DNA of 64,000 nucleotides from an uncultured Flavobacteriales bacterium (lineage in GTDB: Bacteria > Bacteroidota > Bacteroidia > Flavobacteriales_D > Crocinitomicaceae), in contig CAIZQH010000017.1 in assembly GCA_903935095.1 (NCBI GenBank), positions 12,215-76,214 of the forward strand. Reading direction: 5' to 3'. Shown one piece after another: positions 28,243 through 39,637 of the stretch; position 1 is the stretch's first letter, and each line of letters opens with the position of its first letter. The position numbers and the translations under genes were made by a program. The notes under the pieces were generated by a model. It had not been told where the DNA came from. It worked only from the letters and a program-made list of their open reading frames with translations, and did no database searches.

Positions 28243-30510
28243 TTATGCCTCCATTAATTTAATCAAATTCAATGCTGAACCTGCTTTAAACCATTCGATT
28301 TGAGAGGCGTTATAGGTATGATTCAACATGATCGCCTCACTAGTTCCATTTGCATGATTCAATTTAAAGGTAAGTTGTTTACCCGGCGTAAAAGAGGCTA
28401 AATCCGTGAAGTCGAATGTATCGTCCTCCATGATTTTCTCATAATCAGACTCATTTGCAAATGTCAAAGCTAACATTCCTTGTTTTTTCAAGTTTGTTTC
28501 GTGAATTCGAGCAAATGATTTTACGATGACCGCACACACACCTAAGTGACGTGGTTCCATCGCCGCATGCTCACGGGAAGATCCTTCTCCGTAGTTATGG
28601 TCTCCCACAACAATTGTTGGAACTCCGGCAGCTTTATATGCACGCTGAACAGCTGGAACTTCTCCGTAGGCACCAGTCAATTGGCTTTTCACTGAATTCG
28701 CTTCACCATTAAAGGCGTTTTCTGCTCCAATCAACAAGTTATTCGATATATTATCTAAGTGTCCACGGTAACGCAACCATGGTCCAGCCATAGAGATGTG
28801 ATCCGTTGTACATTTTCCTTTTGCTTTAATCAACAAACGCGCTGATTCAATATTTTTTCCATCCCAAATTGGGAAATTTTCTAATAATTGTAAACGAGAA
28901 GAATCTGAAGCTACTTTGATTTCAACTCCACTACCATCTTCCGCTGGAGCTTGGTAACCATTATCGTCCACAGCAAATCCACGTGTTGGTAATTCATCAC
29001 CATGAGGAGGATTCAATTTCACTTGCTCTCCCTTGTCGTTCGTTAACGTATCTTTTAATGGATTAAATCCTAAATCACCAGCAATTGCCAATGCTGCCAC
29101 CATTTCAGGTGAAGTAACAAAGGCATGTGTATTTGGATTTCCATCTGCACGTTTCGAGAAGTTACGGTTGAATGAGTGTACAATTGTATTTTTCTCTTGT
29201 TTTTCTGCCCCCTCTCTTGACCATTGTCCGATGCAAGGTCCGCACGCATTCGTGAACACTTTCGTTCCCATTTTTTCGAAGTCCGCTAAGATTCCATCGC
29301 GATCCGCTGTAAAACGAACTTGCTCAGAACCTGGATTGATTCCAAATTCTGCTTTCGGCATAATTCCTTGCGCAACGGCTTGTTGAACGATGGACGCAGC
29401 ACGTGCTAAATCCTCGTAGGAAGAGTTGGTACAAGAACCAATTAGTCCCCACTCTACTTTCATTGGCCAATTGTTTGCTGTCGCTTCTGCACGCATTTTG
29501 GAAACGGGCGTTCCTCTATCTGGTGTAAATGGACCATTTATATGTGGTTCCAATTCACTTAAGTTAATTTCAATAATTTGATCAAAGTATGCAGATGGAT
29601 TATCATAAACTTCTTGATCCCCTGTTAAATGCTCAGCGATTTGATCAGCCGCTTTTACTACTTCCTCGCGTCCAGTGGCCCTTAAGTAGCGACGCATAGA
29701 CTCATCATAACCAAATGTGGAAGTTGTCGCGCCAATTTCTGCACCCATGTTACAAATCGTCCCTTTTCCTGTGCAAGAAAGGGAAATAGCTCCTTCACCA
29801 AAATACTCAACGATTGCTCCAGTTCCACCTTTTACGGTAAGAATGTCTGCCACTTTTAAGATGACGTCTTTTGCAGAGGTCCAACCACTTAATTTACCTG
29901 TTAACTTCACACCGATCAACTTTGGAAATTTCAATTCCCAAGCCATTCCGGCCATGACATCTACGGCATCAGCACCACCAACACCAATCGCAATCATTCC
30001 TAGTCCACCAGCATTTACCGTATGTGAATCAGTTCCAATCATCATTCCACCAGGAAAGGCGTAGTTTTCCAATACCACTTGGTGAATGATTCCAGCTCCT
30101 GGTTTCCAGAATCCGATCCCATATTTATTCGAAATCGAAGACAAGAAATTAAATACTTCGTTGTTTTGATTTAATGATTCTTGTAAATCTTTGCTCGCGC
30201 CTAGTTTCGCTTGAATTAAGTGATCTGCATGAACCGTTGAAGGAACAGCCACACGTTTTTTACCTGCCTGCATAAATTGCAATAAAGCCATTTGAGCGGT
30301 TGCGTCTTGCATGGCAACACGATCCGGAGCAAAATCTACATACGAATTCCCTCTTTCATGTGCTTCTTGCGCATTTCCATCCCAAAGGTGAGCGTACAGA
30401 ATTTTTTCTGTTAAGGTTAAGGGTCTACCAACGACTTTTCTTGCTGCTGCAATGCGCTCAGGATATTGTGCATATACCTTTTGAATCATGTCAAGATCGA
30501 ATACTTTCAT
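28243..30510 (-). CDS. acn: aconitate hydratase (about 755-aa, mitochondrial-like type)
   Basis: [49 protein letters not shown] (Fe-S Cys ligands)..[10 protein letters not shown] set the start at the ATG at 30510. Confidence 0.93.
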   Translation of the reverse strand: MKVFDLDMIQKVYAQYPERIAAARKVVGRPLTLTEKILYAHLWDGNAQEAHERGNSYVDFAPDRVAMQDATAQMALLQFMQAGKKRVAVPSTVHADHLIQAKLGASKDLQESLNQNNEVFNFLSSISNKYGIGFWKPGAGIIHQVVLENYAFPGGMMIGTDSHTVNAGGLGMIAIGVGGADAVDVMAGMAWELKFPKLIGVKLTGKLSGWTSAKDVILKVADILTVKGGTGAIVEYFGEGAISLSCTGKGTICNMGAEIGATTSTFGYDESMRRYLRATGREEVVKAADQIAEHLTGDQEVYDNPSAYFDQIIEINLSELEPHINGPFTPDRGTPVSKMRAEATANNWPMKVEWGLIGSCTNSSYEDLARAASIVQQAVAQGIMPKAEFGINPGSEQVRFTADRDGILADFEKMGTKVFTNACGPCIGQWSREGAEKQEKNTIVHSFNRNFSKRADGNPNTHAFVTSPEMVAALAIAGDLGFNPLKDTLTNDKGEQVKLNPPHGDELPTRGFAVDDNGYQAPAEDGSGVEIKVASDSSRLQLLENFPIWDGKNIESARLLIKAKGKCTTDHISMAGPWLRYRGHLDNISNNLLIGAENAFNGEANSVKSQLTGAYGEVPAVQRAYKAAGVPTIVVGDHNYGEGSSREHAAMEPRHLGVCAVIVKSFARIHETNLKKQGMLALTFANESDYEKIMEDDTFDFTDLASFTPGKQLTFKLNHANGTSEAIMLNHTYNASQIEWFKAGSALNLIKLMEA

Positions 30511-30637
30511 AGTGCTATTGTAATTTTGTTGTGCGCGCAAATTTAATGAATTTGACGCATTAAAGAAATTGAAAAGGACTGAAATATTTTTTATTCCTAT
30601 GGATTGATTGTAACTTACTCTCCTTAAACAAGGACTT

Positions 30638-31018
30638 ATGCATTTTTATCCCGCTCTGTGTTTTATTTTTATCCTACTTTCAGCTAGTGAAAAAGGAAGT
30701 GCGTCGTATTACAGTAGTTCATTTAATGGACGAAAAACCTCATCTGGCGAAGTGTTTAACAACAATCTTTTCACTGCTGCACACAAGTCACTCCCATTTG
30801 GTACCATGGTTAAGGTCACCAACATAAAAAACGATTCAACCATCATTTTAAAAGTAAACGACCGACTTTCAAAAAATTCAAGTCATATCATTGATGTGAC
30901 TTTAGCTGCTGCAAAAAAACTTAATTTTGTGCGAAACGGAATCGCTACGGTAACGGTGGACGTTCTTAGTACAAAAGATGAAGAAACAACAGAACATGAA
31001 CAAATTAAAAGTAATTGA
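30638..31018 (+). CDS. RlpA-like double-psi beta-barrel (DPBB) lipoprotein/septal lytic transglycosylase family
   Basis: 126 aa. [50 protein letters not shown] is the typical RlpA DPBB core. Confidence 0.75.
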   Translation: MHFYPALCFIFILLSASEKGSASYYSSSFNGRKTSSGEVFNNNLFTAAHKSLPFGTMVKVTNIKNDSTIILKVNDRLSKNSSHIIDVTLAAAKKLNFVRNGIATVTVDVLSTKDEETTEHEQIKSN

Positions 31019-32057
31019 CCTTTCTACTGTTCTTGCTGGACCTTCTGTTGGAACGTTTTTTGCTGAACTTGGAGCAGAAGTAATTAAAATTGAACACCCT
31101 TTATTTCCCGATGTAACGCGTTCATGGAAATTACCAACAGAAGATAATTCAAGTTCCGTTTCCGCGTATTTCTCGAGTGTCAACTATGGAAAATCGTATA
31201 TTTCCTTAGACTTATCAAAGGCAAAGGATCACACTGAGTTTATCGGTCACATCAAAAATGCAGACATTCTGATCAGTAACTTCAAAAAAGGAGATAACCA
31301 AAAACTAAACATACAAACGTCATTCTTACACTCCATTAATCCTCAACTAATTATTGGGAAAATAAGTGGCTTTGGCGAGGAAAGCGATCGCGTGGCCTAC
31401 GACCTAATCCTCCAAGCTGAAACAGGCTTTATGTCCATGAATGGCACGAAGGATTCTGGTCCCGTAAAAATGCCTGTTGCATTAATCGACGTTTTAGCAG
31501 GACATCAATTGAAGGAAGGACTTCTACTCGCTTTACTGGATCGAAATGTTACAGGAAAAGGATCTGAGGTCAGCGTTTCCTTATACGATACGGCGATTTG
31601 CAGTCTGGTAAATCAAGCCTCCAATTACTTGATGACTGGACATGTGGCGCAGCGCATCGGGAGTTTACATCCCAACATTGCACCTTACGGCGAGTTATTT
31701 CAAACAAAAGACGGTTTAACGATCACTTTTGCCATTGGCTCTGATAAGCACTTTGAAAAATTAGTCAACACCTTAAAAGTTCCGGATCTTGCCCAAGATA
31801 TCAGATTCATACATAACCAACAACGAATCGAACATCGAGCGATCTTAGCAGAATTTCTTCAATCCAGCATCCGTTCTTTCGAGAGCAAAGAACTTCTTTC
31901 CAAACTTCATGCACAACAGGTACCCTGTGCGGAAGTAAAAACGATGGACATGGTGTTTTCACAACAAGAGACAAGTTCTTTGATTTTATCGGAGGAAATC
32001 AATCACATTCAAACAAGACGCGTGCGCACCACTGCATTTACCATCAAACATGATTAG
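30996..32057 (+). CDS. family III CoA-transferase (CaiB/BaiF type)
   Basis: [58 protein letters not shown]. The start is ambiguous, with ATGs at 30978 and 30996. Confidence 0.8.
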   Translation: MNKLKVIDLSTVLAGPSVGTFFAELGAEVIKIEHPLFPDVTRSWKLPTEDNSSSVSAYFSSVNYGKSYISLDLSKAKDHTEFIGHIKNADILISNFKKGDNQKLNIQTSFLHSINPQLIIGKISGFGEESDRVAYDLILQAETGFMSMNGTKDSGPVKMPVALIDVLAGHQLKEGLLLALLDRNVTGKGSEVSVSLYDTAICSLVNQASNYLMTGHVAQRIGSLHPNIAPYGELFQTKDGLTITFAIGSDKHFEKLVNTLKVPDLAQDIRFIHNQQRIEHRAILAEFLQSSIRSFESKELLSKLHAQQVPCAEVKTMDMVFSQQETSSLILSEEINHIQTRRVRTTAFTIKHD

Positions 32058-32487
32058 ATCGCCACGAACCCCAGATGAATGGGATGAATACTACAAGCTA
32101 CGTTTCCAGGTTTTACGAGCACCTTGGAATCAACCTATCGGGTCAGAGCGCAATGAAGGAGATCAGACAGCTGCACATTTTGCTTTTTTTGAGGAGAACA
32201 CCATCATAGGTGTTGGACGACTCGACAACATGTCGGCAACAATCGCGCAGATTCGATTCATGGCAGTAGCCGGAAATCAACAAGGAAGAGGAATTGGAAA
32301 AAAACTCATGCAACACATGGAAGAAATGGCGTTAGTGAGTGGACGAACAACGCTCATTTTACATGCACGAGAAATCGCCCTCCCCTTTTACAAAAAACTC
32401 GGCTATACAATTACAGAAAAATCACACCTGTTATTTGGTGACATTCAACATTATTTAATGAGTAAAAAACATGAGTCTATCCGCTGA
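32050..32487 (+). CDS. GNAT-family N-acetyltransferase
   Basis: 145 aa. RFMAVAGNQQGRGIGKKLMQHMEEMA (acetyl-CoA Q/R-x-x-G-x-G/A motif)..FYKKLGY. Confidence 0.8.
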   Translation: MIRSPRTPDEWDEYYKLRFQVLRAPWNQPIGSERNEGDQTAAHFAFFEENTIIGVGRLDNMSATIAQIRFMAVAGNQQGRGIGKKLMQHMEEMALVSGRTTLILHAREIALPFYKKLGYTITEKSHLLFGDIQHYLMSKKHESIR

Positions 32488-33160
32488 GAATAAATTTGTA
32501 TTAAAGGAGTTTTATGAAATCATTACCCCCAACAAAATAGTCTTGTTTGATCGAATCGCAGCCGAACGAACCAGGTATTTAACCATCGCTTTAGAAAACA
32601 TCTACCAAGAACACAATGCTTCAGCCGTTCTGCGCACCTGCGATTGTTTTGGCATTCAAGATTTGCAAGTGATTGAAAAAGATAATCAATATCAAATTCA
32701 ACGAGACATTGCCATGGGTTCTGGACGCTGGGTAGATATTCATAATTTTAATGATGAATTAAGACCAACAGAAACCTGTATTTCAACTCTAAAAGAACAA
32801 GGTTATCAGATTGTCGCGACAAGTCCTCATGCAGATGCCTACGACGTGCACGACATTCCCATCGATAAACCATTGGCGTTTTTCTTTGGAACCGAAAAAG
32901 ATGGACTCAGTGAAGATATGATGAACGCAGCTGATTTACACGTTCGCATTCCCATGTATGGCTTTACCGAAAGCTTTAATATTTCGGTTTCAGTGGCCAT
33001 TTTATTACAAACGATCCGACAACGTTTAGAAATGAGTGAGCACCAATGGAAGTTATCTGAAGATGAACAAATTGCACTTAAAATTCAATGGTGTGAGAAA
33101 ATAGTGAGCGGTGGAGAAGCAGTTGGTAAAGAATTCCGTTTGAGGTATCAAAAAGATTGA
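32471..33160 (+). CDS. SpoU/TrmH-family RNA 2'-O-methyltransferase
   Basis: 229 aa. LENIYQEHNASAVLRTCDCFGIQD..FGTEKDGLS..IPMYGFTESFNISVSVAILL are SPOUT motifs. Confidence 0.8.
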   Translation: MSLSAENKFVLKEFYEIITPNKIVLFDRIAAERTRYLTIALENIYQEHNASAVLRTCDCFGIQDLQVIEKDNQYQIQRDIAMGSGRWVDIHNFNDELRPTETCISTLKEQGYQIVATSPHADAYDVHDIPIDKPLAFFFGTEKDGLSEDMMNAADLHVRIPMYGFTESFNISVSVAILLQTIRQRLEMSEHQWKLSEDEQIALKIQWCEKIVSGGEAVGKEFRLRYQKD

Positions 33161-33168
33161 TACATTTG
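33161..33168 (+). promoter_or_regulatory. -7 box TACATTTG upstream of the THX gene
   Basis: TAnnTTTG match 30 nt before the ATG. Confidence 0.35.
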
Positions 33169-33198
33169 TATCGGTATTTTGTACAAGAATAATTATTT

Positions 33199-33408
33199 AT
33201 GGGAAAAGGAGATAAAAAAACAGCTAGAGGTAAACGTGCCATGGGCTCTTATGGAGTGACCAGAAAACGTAAAGAGGACAAAGTAGTCATTGTTCCGAAA
33301 GAAAAAAAGGTGAAAAAGGCTGCAACTGAAACTGCTAAACCAGCAGCGAAAAAACCGGCAGCAAAGAAACCGGCAGCGAAGAAAACCGCAACTGAAAAAT
33401 CTGAATAA
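33199..33408 (+). CDS. 30S ribosomal protein THX with a C-terminal Lys/Ala/Pro-rich extension
   Basis: The N-terminus MGKGDKKTARGKRAMGSYGVTRKRK matches the THX pattern GKGDxxTxRGKxxxGxYGxxRxRK. The tail is KVKKAATETAKPAAKKPAAKKPAAKKTATEKSE. Confidence 0.75.
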   Translation: MGKGDKKTARGKRAMGSYGVTRKRKEDKVVIVPKEKKVKKAATETAKPAAKKPAAKKPAAKKTATEKSE

Positions 33409-33440
33409 AAAAAAAGCTGTCGTATGACAGCTTTTTTTTT
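33407..33440 (+). terminator. rho-independent terminator
   Basis: AGCTGTC-GTAT-GACAGCT hairpin followed by T9. Confidence 0.8.
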
Positions 33441-33518
33441 AACAAAATTCTACAATCAATTACCTTGAATATAGTTTGTAAAAAGTAATTATCCATTTTT
33501 GAATCAAATTAATCAACA

Positions 33519-34580
33519 ATGAAACATAATTTTGGCGCAGGTCCATGTATTTTACCTCAAGAAGTTTTCCAACAAGCCGCGAGCGCTGTATTGGATTTTA
33601 ATGGTCTTTCCATTTTAGAAGTATCACACCGACACAAAGACTTCGTTGCAGTGATGGACGAAGCCATTGACTTAGTGAAAAAAGCCTTAAATGTTCCTGC
33701 TGGATATTCTGTAGCTTTCCTACAAGGTGGAGCAACCTTAGGATTTACAATCGTCGCCTTAAATATGATGCGGGACAAAAAGAAAGCCGGTTACATGAAT
33801 ACCGGAACGTGGGCAACAGGCGCCATCAAAGAAGCGAAAAAAGTGGGGGTTGATGTGAATGTTTTTGCTTCCTCGGAGGACAAAAACTTTACCTACATTC
33901 CGAAAGACTATACCATTCCAACTGACGTGGATTACATTCATTTCACATCGAACAATACGATCTACGGAACGCAATTCAAAGAATTCCCAAAAACAGATTT
34001 GCCATTGGTCTGCGATATGTCCTCGGATATTTTCTCGAAAGAAATCAATGTGGCTGATTTTGACATCATCTATGCTGGAGCTCAGAAAAACTTGGGTCCT
34101 GCTGGAGCTACCTTGTATATTGTGAAAGATGAAATTTTAGGAAAATCTACTTCGCCGTTTATGCCAACATATTTGGACTTAAAACAACAAGTGGAAAAAG
34201 AATCGATGCTGAATACACCACCCGTATTCCCAGTCTATGTAGCCATGCTCAACCTGCGCAATTTAATCGCAAATGGTGGCGTAAAAGCGATGGAACAACG
34301 AAATAATGAAAAAGCAGCTTTACTCTACAAAGAAATTGATGAGAATTCAGCATTCAGAGGTGCCGTGGAAGTGGCAGATCGATCCAATATGAACGTCACC
34401 TTTCTTTTAAACGATGAAAATCGTAGCGAGGAATTTGATCAAATGTGGAAAGCAGCGGGCATCGTTGGATTACCTGGACATCGCTCTGTTGGTGGGTATC
34501 GTGCTTCCATTTACAATGCTTTACCAATTCAAAGTGTGCAGGTATTAGTGGACGTCATGCGCGCATTTAATCAACGATAA
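33519..34580 (+). CDS. serC: phosphoserine aminotransferase
   Basis: 353 aa. HNFGAGPCILPQEV..SHRHKDF..FLQGGATLGF..AGAQKNLGPAG (PLP Lys). Confidence 0.93.
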   Translation: MKHNFGAGPCILPQEVFQQAASAVLDFNGLSILEVSHRHKDFVAVMDEAIDLVKKALNVPAGYSVAFLQGGATLGFTIVALNMMRDKKKAGYMNTGTWATGAIKEAKKVGVDVNVFASSEDKNFTYIPKDYTIPTDVDYIHFTSNNTIYGTQFKEFPKTDLPLVCDMSSDIFSKEINVADFDIIYAGAQKNLGPAGATLYIVKDEILGKSTSPFMPTYLDLKQQVEKESMLNTPPVFPVYVAMLNLRNLIANGGVKAMEQRNNEKAALLYKEIDENSAFRGAVEVADRSNMNVTFLLNDENRSEEFDQMWKAAGIVGLPGHRSVGGYRASIYNALPIQSVQVLVDVMRAFNQR

Positions 34581-34605
34581 TCATCAACTCAGAAAAACCA
34601 TTGAA

Positions 34606-35550
34606 ATGAAAATACTTGCAAACGACGGAATATCAGATTTAGGAAAACAGCTTTTGGAAGCTGCTGGACATACTGTTATAACGGAAAAGGTTTCTCAAGA
34701 ATTGCTCGCTCATGAAGTCAATACACAAGGAATTGAAGCCATTTTAGTAAGAAGCGCAACAACTGTTCGTCAAGAAGTGATCGATGCATGTCCGCATGTG
34801 AAAATCATTGGAAGAGGTGGCGTTGGAATGGATAATATTGACGTAGATTATGCACGCAGTAAAGGAATTCATGTAATCAATACCCCGGCTTCTTCTTCCC
34901 AATCGGTTGCTGAATTAGTGATGGGTCAATTATTCTCCCTTTCTCGTTTCTTGAATGATTCATTTAAAAATATGGAGTCTGGAGATTTCTCGACATTGAA
35001 AAAGAATTACGCAAAAGGTGTTGAACTTCGAGGCAAAACATTAGGGATTATTGGATTTGGTCGAATTGGCCAAAGTTTAGCATCCTACGCGTTGGGAGTA
35101 GGAATGAACGTGATTGCCATCGATAATAGAACTAAAAACGTTTCCATTGAAGTAAAAATTGGACATCAAACCGTTTTTATCCCCATATCTACAGAAACAG
35201 ATTTACACGCCCAATTAGGCAAATTGGATTACATTTCCATTCACGTTCCGAAACAAGCAGATGGAAGTGCCGTTTTAGGCAATAACGAATTTGGGAAAAT
35301 GAAAAAAGGAGTGTTCATCGCCAATGCTGCTCGTGGTGGCGTTGTAAATGAGACGGAACTTTTAGAAGCTTTAAACCAAGGAATCATCGCAGGAATCGCT
35401 TTGGACGTATTTGACAACGAACCGAATCCACGAAAAGAACTTTTGAATCATCCTAAAATTGCGTGCACGCCGCACATTGGAGCAGCTACACTTGAAGCGC
35501 AAGACCGCATAGGAGAAGAACTTGCACAACTAATCATTGAATTGGCTTAA
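34606..35550 (+). CDS. serA: D-3-phosphoglycerate dehydrogenase (short form, no ACT domain)
   Basis: 314 aa. GIIGFGRIGQ (NAD fold)..NAARGG..ALDVFDNEP..TPHIGA. The position directly after serC supports the assignment. Confidence 0.8.
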   Translation: MKILANDGISDLGKQLLEAAGHTVITEKVSQELLAHEVNTQGIEAILVRSATTVRQEVIDACPHVKIIGRGGVGMDNIDVDYARSKGIHVINTPASSSQSVAELVMGQLFSLSRFLNDSFKNMESGDFSTLKKNYAKGVELRGKTLGIIGFGRIGQSLASYALGVGMNVIAIDNRTKNVSIEVKIGHQTVFIPISTETDLHAQLGKLDYISIHVPKQADGSAVLGNNEFGKMKKGVFIANAARGGVVNETELLEALNQGIIAGIALDVFDNEPNPRKELLNHPKIACTPHIGAATLEAQDRIGEELAQLIIELA

Positions 35551-35618
35551 ATCCAATCTTTACACATAAAAAAAGAGACACATTTTGATGCGTCCCTTTT
35601 TCATATTATTTCGACTTA

Positions 35619-36074
35619 TTACTCTCTAATGATTTCGATTGAATCAATGCTATCGCCTTCGCGGATATCATCAATCACATCTAATCCTTCTGTTACCTTT
35701 CCAAAGCATGTATGTGCGCGATCTAAATGCGACGTATTTCTTCTTGAATGACATACAAAAAACTGTGAGCCACCTGTATTTTTTCCTGCGTGAGCCATTG
35801 AAAGCACGCCACGATCATGGAACTGATTGTTACCAGTTAACTCACAATCGATTTGGTAACCTGGTCCACCAGTACCTGCCATTCCTCGTTCTCCTTCACG
35901 TGTGTTTGGACAACCTCCTTGAATCACAAAATCAGGAAGGACACGGTGCCACTTTAATCCGTTGTAATAGCCCGACTCCGCTAACTTTACGAAGTTCTCT
36001 ACTGTTTTCGGCGCGTCGTTTTCGTAAAATGTCACATGCATTTCACCTTTGTTCGTTTTAATGATTCCTTTCAT
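35619..36074 (-). CDS. cyclophilin-type peptidyl-prolyl cis-trans isomerase
   Basis: 151 aa. FYENDAPKTVENFVKLA..WHRVLPDFVIQGG..LSMAHAGKNTGGSQFFV. Confidence 0.92.
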   Translation of the reverse strand: MKGIIKTNKGEMHVTFYENDAPKTVENFVKLAESGYYNGLKWHRVLPDFVIQGGCPNTREGERGMAGTGGPGYQIDCELTGNNQFHDRGVLSMAHAGKNTGGSQFFVCHSRRNTSHLDRAHTCFGKVTEGLDVIDDIREGDSIDSIEIIRE

Positions 36075-36217
36075 GTCCTTTTATTTGATGGCACGAAATT
36101 ACGGGTTGAAATTGGAATGCTAAAATGGAGTTTTGAACAATGCACTATGGGAATACTTGTTGAAAACTTAGTTGATAACGTATGAACAGGCACTTTCATG
36201 TGGCTTTAAGGTAATGT

Positions 36218-36225
36218 TAAATTTG
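36218..36225 (+). promoter_or_regulatory. -7 box TAAATTTG upstream of 36255 CDS
   Basis: TAnnTTTG match 29 nt before the ATG. Confidence 0.35.
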
Positions 36226-36254
36226 TAAAGAACGAAACCAACAAACGAATTTCT

Positions 36255-36791
36255 ATGTTCAGTACACTTACAAAAAGAAAACTTACAGACAACCAAGTTG
36301 CCAACGTTTTCATCAACGCCATTTTTGATAGTGTTGACAACGGCTTTACTGAGGTATCTTCGATGATAAATGAGGACTCTGCATTCGTTCAATCACCAGC
36401 TATCCCTGCAGCGAATAACGGTGAATTTGGCATGATTGTTCTTGTTGGAAACTTATCCTTTTTAGAAAGTACTTTTGAAGCAGATCAAGCAGAAAGAGTT
36501 GAAAATATTATTTTCGACAAAGTATCGAAAATGTATGAAATGGATATCACTTCCTTTCGAAGTTTAGTGAGAGAATACCAATCCTTCATCATGCGCGTAA
36601 ATCATCCTTCTAAAAACTGGATTTACGGAATGTCGAAGGCGGTTTTTCATAAATATAACTTGAATGAATTTCAAGATGAGTATTTCCGCCGCATGCAAGC
36701 ACCAAATCCTTTGTTCTTAAAAAGAATGGATGAAGTCATGTCAAACTTCATATGGAATTGGGATGCTTTCTTTAAGAAATACCGAATCTAA
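36255..36791 (+). CDS. hypothetical cytoplasmic protein
   Basis: 178-aa ORF with its own promoter box and terminator. I recognise no motif. Confidence 0.5.
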   Translation: MFSTLTKRKLTDNQVANVFINAIFDSVDNGFTEVSSMINEDSAFVQSPAIPAANNGEFGMIVLVGNLSFLESTFEADQAERVENIIFDKVSKMYEMDITSFRSLVREYQSFIMRVNHPSKNWIYGMSKAVFHKYNLNEFQDEYFRRMQAPNPLFLKRMDEVMSNFIWNWDAFFKKYRI

Positions 36792-36807
36792 GTAATCACG
36801 ATACATG

Positions 36808-36838
36808 AAAAAGGAGCGAAATTCGCTCCTTTTTTTTA
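36808..36838. terminator. bidirectional rho-independent terminator
   Basis: A5-GGAGCG-AAATT-CGCTCC-T8 lies between the convergent 36255 CDS and clpB. Confidence 0.8.
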
Positions 36839-36849
36839 TGTTCATAAAA

Positions 36850-39462
36850 TCACACTTCCTCCACTTCCGTAATGGGTTTTCGAAAAACCATTTTACCATC
36901 GAACACATCCATGACGATATTTTTTGTTCGATCAATGGTTCCACTTAGCAATGCTTTTGAAAGCTCGTTTAATACTTGTTTCTGAATGACGCGTTTGATT
37001 GGACGAGCACCAAAGAATGGATCATATCCAATTTCAGCGATGTGGTCAAACGCATCTTTCGTAATGTATAAGGTAAGATCCATTTCCTTCAACTTGTGTT
37101 TCAATACCTCTAACTGAATTTCGACAATTTGACGCACATTTTCCATCGTCAAAGGTGTAAACATGATGATTTCATCGATGCGATTTAAAAATTCTGGTCT
37201 AATGGTTTGACGCAACAACTCCAAAACTTCCACCTTCGCTTTCTCTGCTGTTTCTTCAAAGTCTTTTTCCTTTGCTTTTTCAAAGCGATCGTGGATAATG
37301 CTAGAACCAAGATTCGATGTCATAATGACAATCGTATTTTTGAAGTTCACCAATCGTCCCTTGTTATCAGTCAAACGTCCATCATCCAATACCTGCAACA
37401 ACACATTGAATACATCCGGATGTGCTTTTTCAATCTCATCCAACAAGATGATAGAGTAAGGTTTACGTCGAACCGCTTCTGTTAATTGTCCGCCTTCTTC
37501 GTAACCAATGTATCCCGGAGGCGCGCCAACTAAACGACTCACCGTATGTTTTTCTTGATATTCGCTCATATCAATGCGAGTCATGGAATTTTCATCGTTA
37601 AACAAATAAGATGCTAGCGCTTTGGCTAATTCGGTTTTACCGACTCCTGTTGTTCCTAAAAAGATAAATGAACCAATCGGTCTTTTTGCATCTTGCAGTC
37701 CCGCTCGACTTCTACGTACCGCATCAGACAAGGCCGTAATTGCTTCTTCTTGTCCTACCACCCGCTTGTGCAACTCCTCTTCTAAATTTAATAATTTCGA
37801 GACTTCACTTTCCATCATTATATTCACGGGAATACCTGTCCATTTGGATACAACCTCGGCGATTTCATCCACATCCACTTCTTCTTTGATCATTTTAGCA
37901 TTCGCTTGCAAAGTGATCAACTGTTGTTTCAAGGTTTCTAAGTGTTCCTCCGACTGTTTGATTTTACCATAACGAATCTCTGCTACTTTTCCGTAATCCC
38001 CATTTCGTTCAGCTAAATCTGCTTCATATTTCAAGCTTTCAATTTCTTCTTTTGTGCGTTGAACAGCATCCACCACATCTCGTTCGGCTTGCCATTTGGA
38101 ATGCAATGAATTTCGTTGCTCATTGAAATTCGCTAATTCACGTTCCACATTTTCTAATTTCTTCTTGTCATTCTCGCGTTTCAAGGCCGCACGTTCAATT
38201 TCCAATTGCATGATTTTTCGTTCAATCTCATCCAATTCTTCTGGTTTGGAATTAATCTCCATCCGTAATTTCGAAGCCGCTTCATCAATTAAATCAATCG
38301 CTTTATCGGGAAGATGACGGTCCGTGATATACCGCTGAGACAATTCCACTGCCGCAATAATCGCAGCGTCTTTAATGATTACTTTATGGTGGTTTTCGTA
38401 TTTTTCTTTGATTCCACGAAGAATGGAAATGGCATCTTCAGTTGTTGGCTCATCGACCATCACCGTTTGAAAACGACGCACCAGCGCCTTATCTTTTTCA
38501 AAGTACTTTTGATATTCATTCAATGTCGTGGCTCCAACTGCCCTCAATTCTCCACGCGCTAATGCAGGTTTTAAAATATTTGCAGCATCCATGGCTCCTT
38601 CACCTCCTCCAGCACCCACTAAGGTGTGAATCTCATCGATGAACAAGATGATTTCTCCTTCTGCTGCGATAACCTCTTTCACAACGGCCTTCAAGCGTTC
38701 CTCAAACTCACCTTTGTACTTTGCGCCGGCAATCAATGCGCCCATATCCAAGGAAAAAACGATTTTGGATTTTAAATTCTCTGGCACATCACCATTGATT
38801 ATGCGGTGCGCTAGTCCTTCGGCAATTGCTGTTTTACCTACACCTGGTTCCCCAATCAAAATGGGATTATTTTTCGTTCTGCGCGTCAAAATTTGCAAAA
38901 CACGGCGAATCTCGTCGTCGCGACCAATGACTGGATCCAATTTACCAGACTCCGCAAGTTCATTTAAATTCTTCGCATATTTTTCAAGTGATTGATAGGT
39001 GTTTTCTTGGTGTGGTGAATTTACTTTTTCCCCTTTTCTAACATCCATAATGGCATCTTTTAAAGTTGATTTCGTTATTTTATTGTCTTTTAATAATTTT
39101 CCGATGCTATCCGTCGCATCTAAGAGTGCATAGAATAACAATTCGATGGAAACAAATTCATCTCCAAAATTCCTTAACTCGCTCAAGGCATATTGAAAAA
39201 TTCGATTTGTTCCTTGACTAATATAGACCTGTCCTCCGCTGACCTTCGGATAGCCGTCGACTATTCGTTCTAGTGCTGCCGACAACATGACCTGATTGAC
39301 GCTTAACTTCTTTAAAATGTATGGGATAACTTCTTGATCCACAGACAAAATTCCTTGTAGTAAGTGTCCAGTTTCAATCGATTGATGTCCTTTAGCTTCC
39401 GCAATGTTTTGTGCTTGCTGAATCGCTTCTTGTGTTTTGATGGTGAATTTTTGAAAGTCCAT
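36850..39462 (-). CDS. clpB: ATP-dependent chaperone ClpB
   Basis: 870 aa. Clp N-domain, two AAA+ modules ([10 protein letters not shown] and [12 protein letters not shown]) and the long coiled-coil middle domain. Confidence 0.97.
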   Translation of the reverse strand: MDFQKFTIKTQEAIQQAQNIAEAKGHQSIETGHLLQGILSVDQEVIPYILKKLSVNQVMLSAALERIVDGYPKVSGGQVYISQGTNRIFQYALSELRNFGDEFVSIELLFYALLDATDSIGKLLKDNKITKSTLKDAIMDVRKGEKVNSPHQENTYQSLEKYAKNLNELAESGKLDPVIGRDDEIRRVLQILTRRTKNNPILIGEPGVGKTAIAEGLAHRIINGDVPENLKSKIVFSLDMGALIAGAKYKGEFEERLKAVVKEVIAAEGEIILFIDEIHTLVGAGGGEGAMDAANILKPALARGELRAVGATTLNEYQKYFEKDKALVRRFQTVMVDEPTTEDAISILRGIKEKYENHHKVIIKDAAIIAAVELSQRYITDRHLPDKAIDLIDEAASKLRMEINSKPEELDEIERKIMQLEIERAALKRENDKKKLENVERELANFNEQRNSLHSKWQAERDVVDAVQRTKEEIESLKYEADLAERNGDYGKVAEIRYGKIKQSEEHLETLKQQLITLQANAKMIKEEVDVDEIAEVVSKWTGIPVNIMMESEVSKLLNLEEELHKRVVGQEEAITALSDAVRRSRAGLQDAKRPIGSFIFLGTTGVGKTELAKALASYLFNDENSMTRIDMSEYQEKHTVSRLVGAPPGYIGYEEGGQLTEAVRRKPYSIILLDEIEKAHPDVFNVLLQVLDDGRLTDNKGRLVNFKNTIVIMTSNLGSSIIHDRFEKAKEKDFEETAEKAKVEVLELLRQTIRPEFLNRIDEIIMFTPLTMENVRQIVEIQLEVLKHKLKEMDLTLYITKDAFDHIAEIGYDPFFGARPIKRVIQKQVLNELSKALLSGTIDRTKNIVMDVFDGKMVFRKPITEVEEV

Positions 39463-39637
39463 TGGTTATTTTTTAGTACACTCAAACAGCGTCAAAAGAC
39501 AATCCAAGTCGTTAAGCCCCGACATTTTTACCGAATTCACCAAGAAATCATGTCGTTTTTACCGATTGAGTGCTTTTTTACGGAAATCCATTCTGACAAT
39601 GTAACCATTTTAAGAAAGTGCTCGTTAAGGGTTAGCA

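Noticed and set aside
35570-35605. Possible bidirectional terminator between serA and the cyclophilin gene.
   Set aside because: The stem is only about 6 bp with a mismatch and a 12-nt loop (AGAGAC..GTCCCT). It is too weak to assert, although the flanking A- and T-runs are suggestive.
36089-36103. TGGCAC motif that could be the -24 element of a sigma-54 promoter upstream of the 36255 CDS.
   Set aside because: The -12 position reads TACG instead of TTGC (TGGCAC-GAAAT-TACG). A normal TAAATTTG -7 box lies closer to the gene. Other TGGCAC/GTGCCA occurrences in the window are inside CDS and also lack a TTGC partner.
36168-36392. Short ORFs in or across intergenic regions: 36168-36392 (minus), 39364-39681 (plus), 39625-39828 (minus) and 39918-40226 (minus).
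   Set aside because: They overlap better-supported CDS or promoters and terminators on the opposite strand. They have no signal or domain features and have lengths expected by chance in AT-rich DNA.
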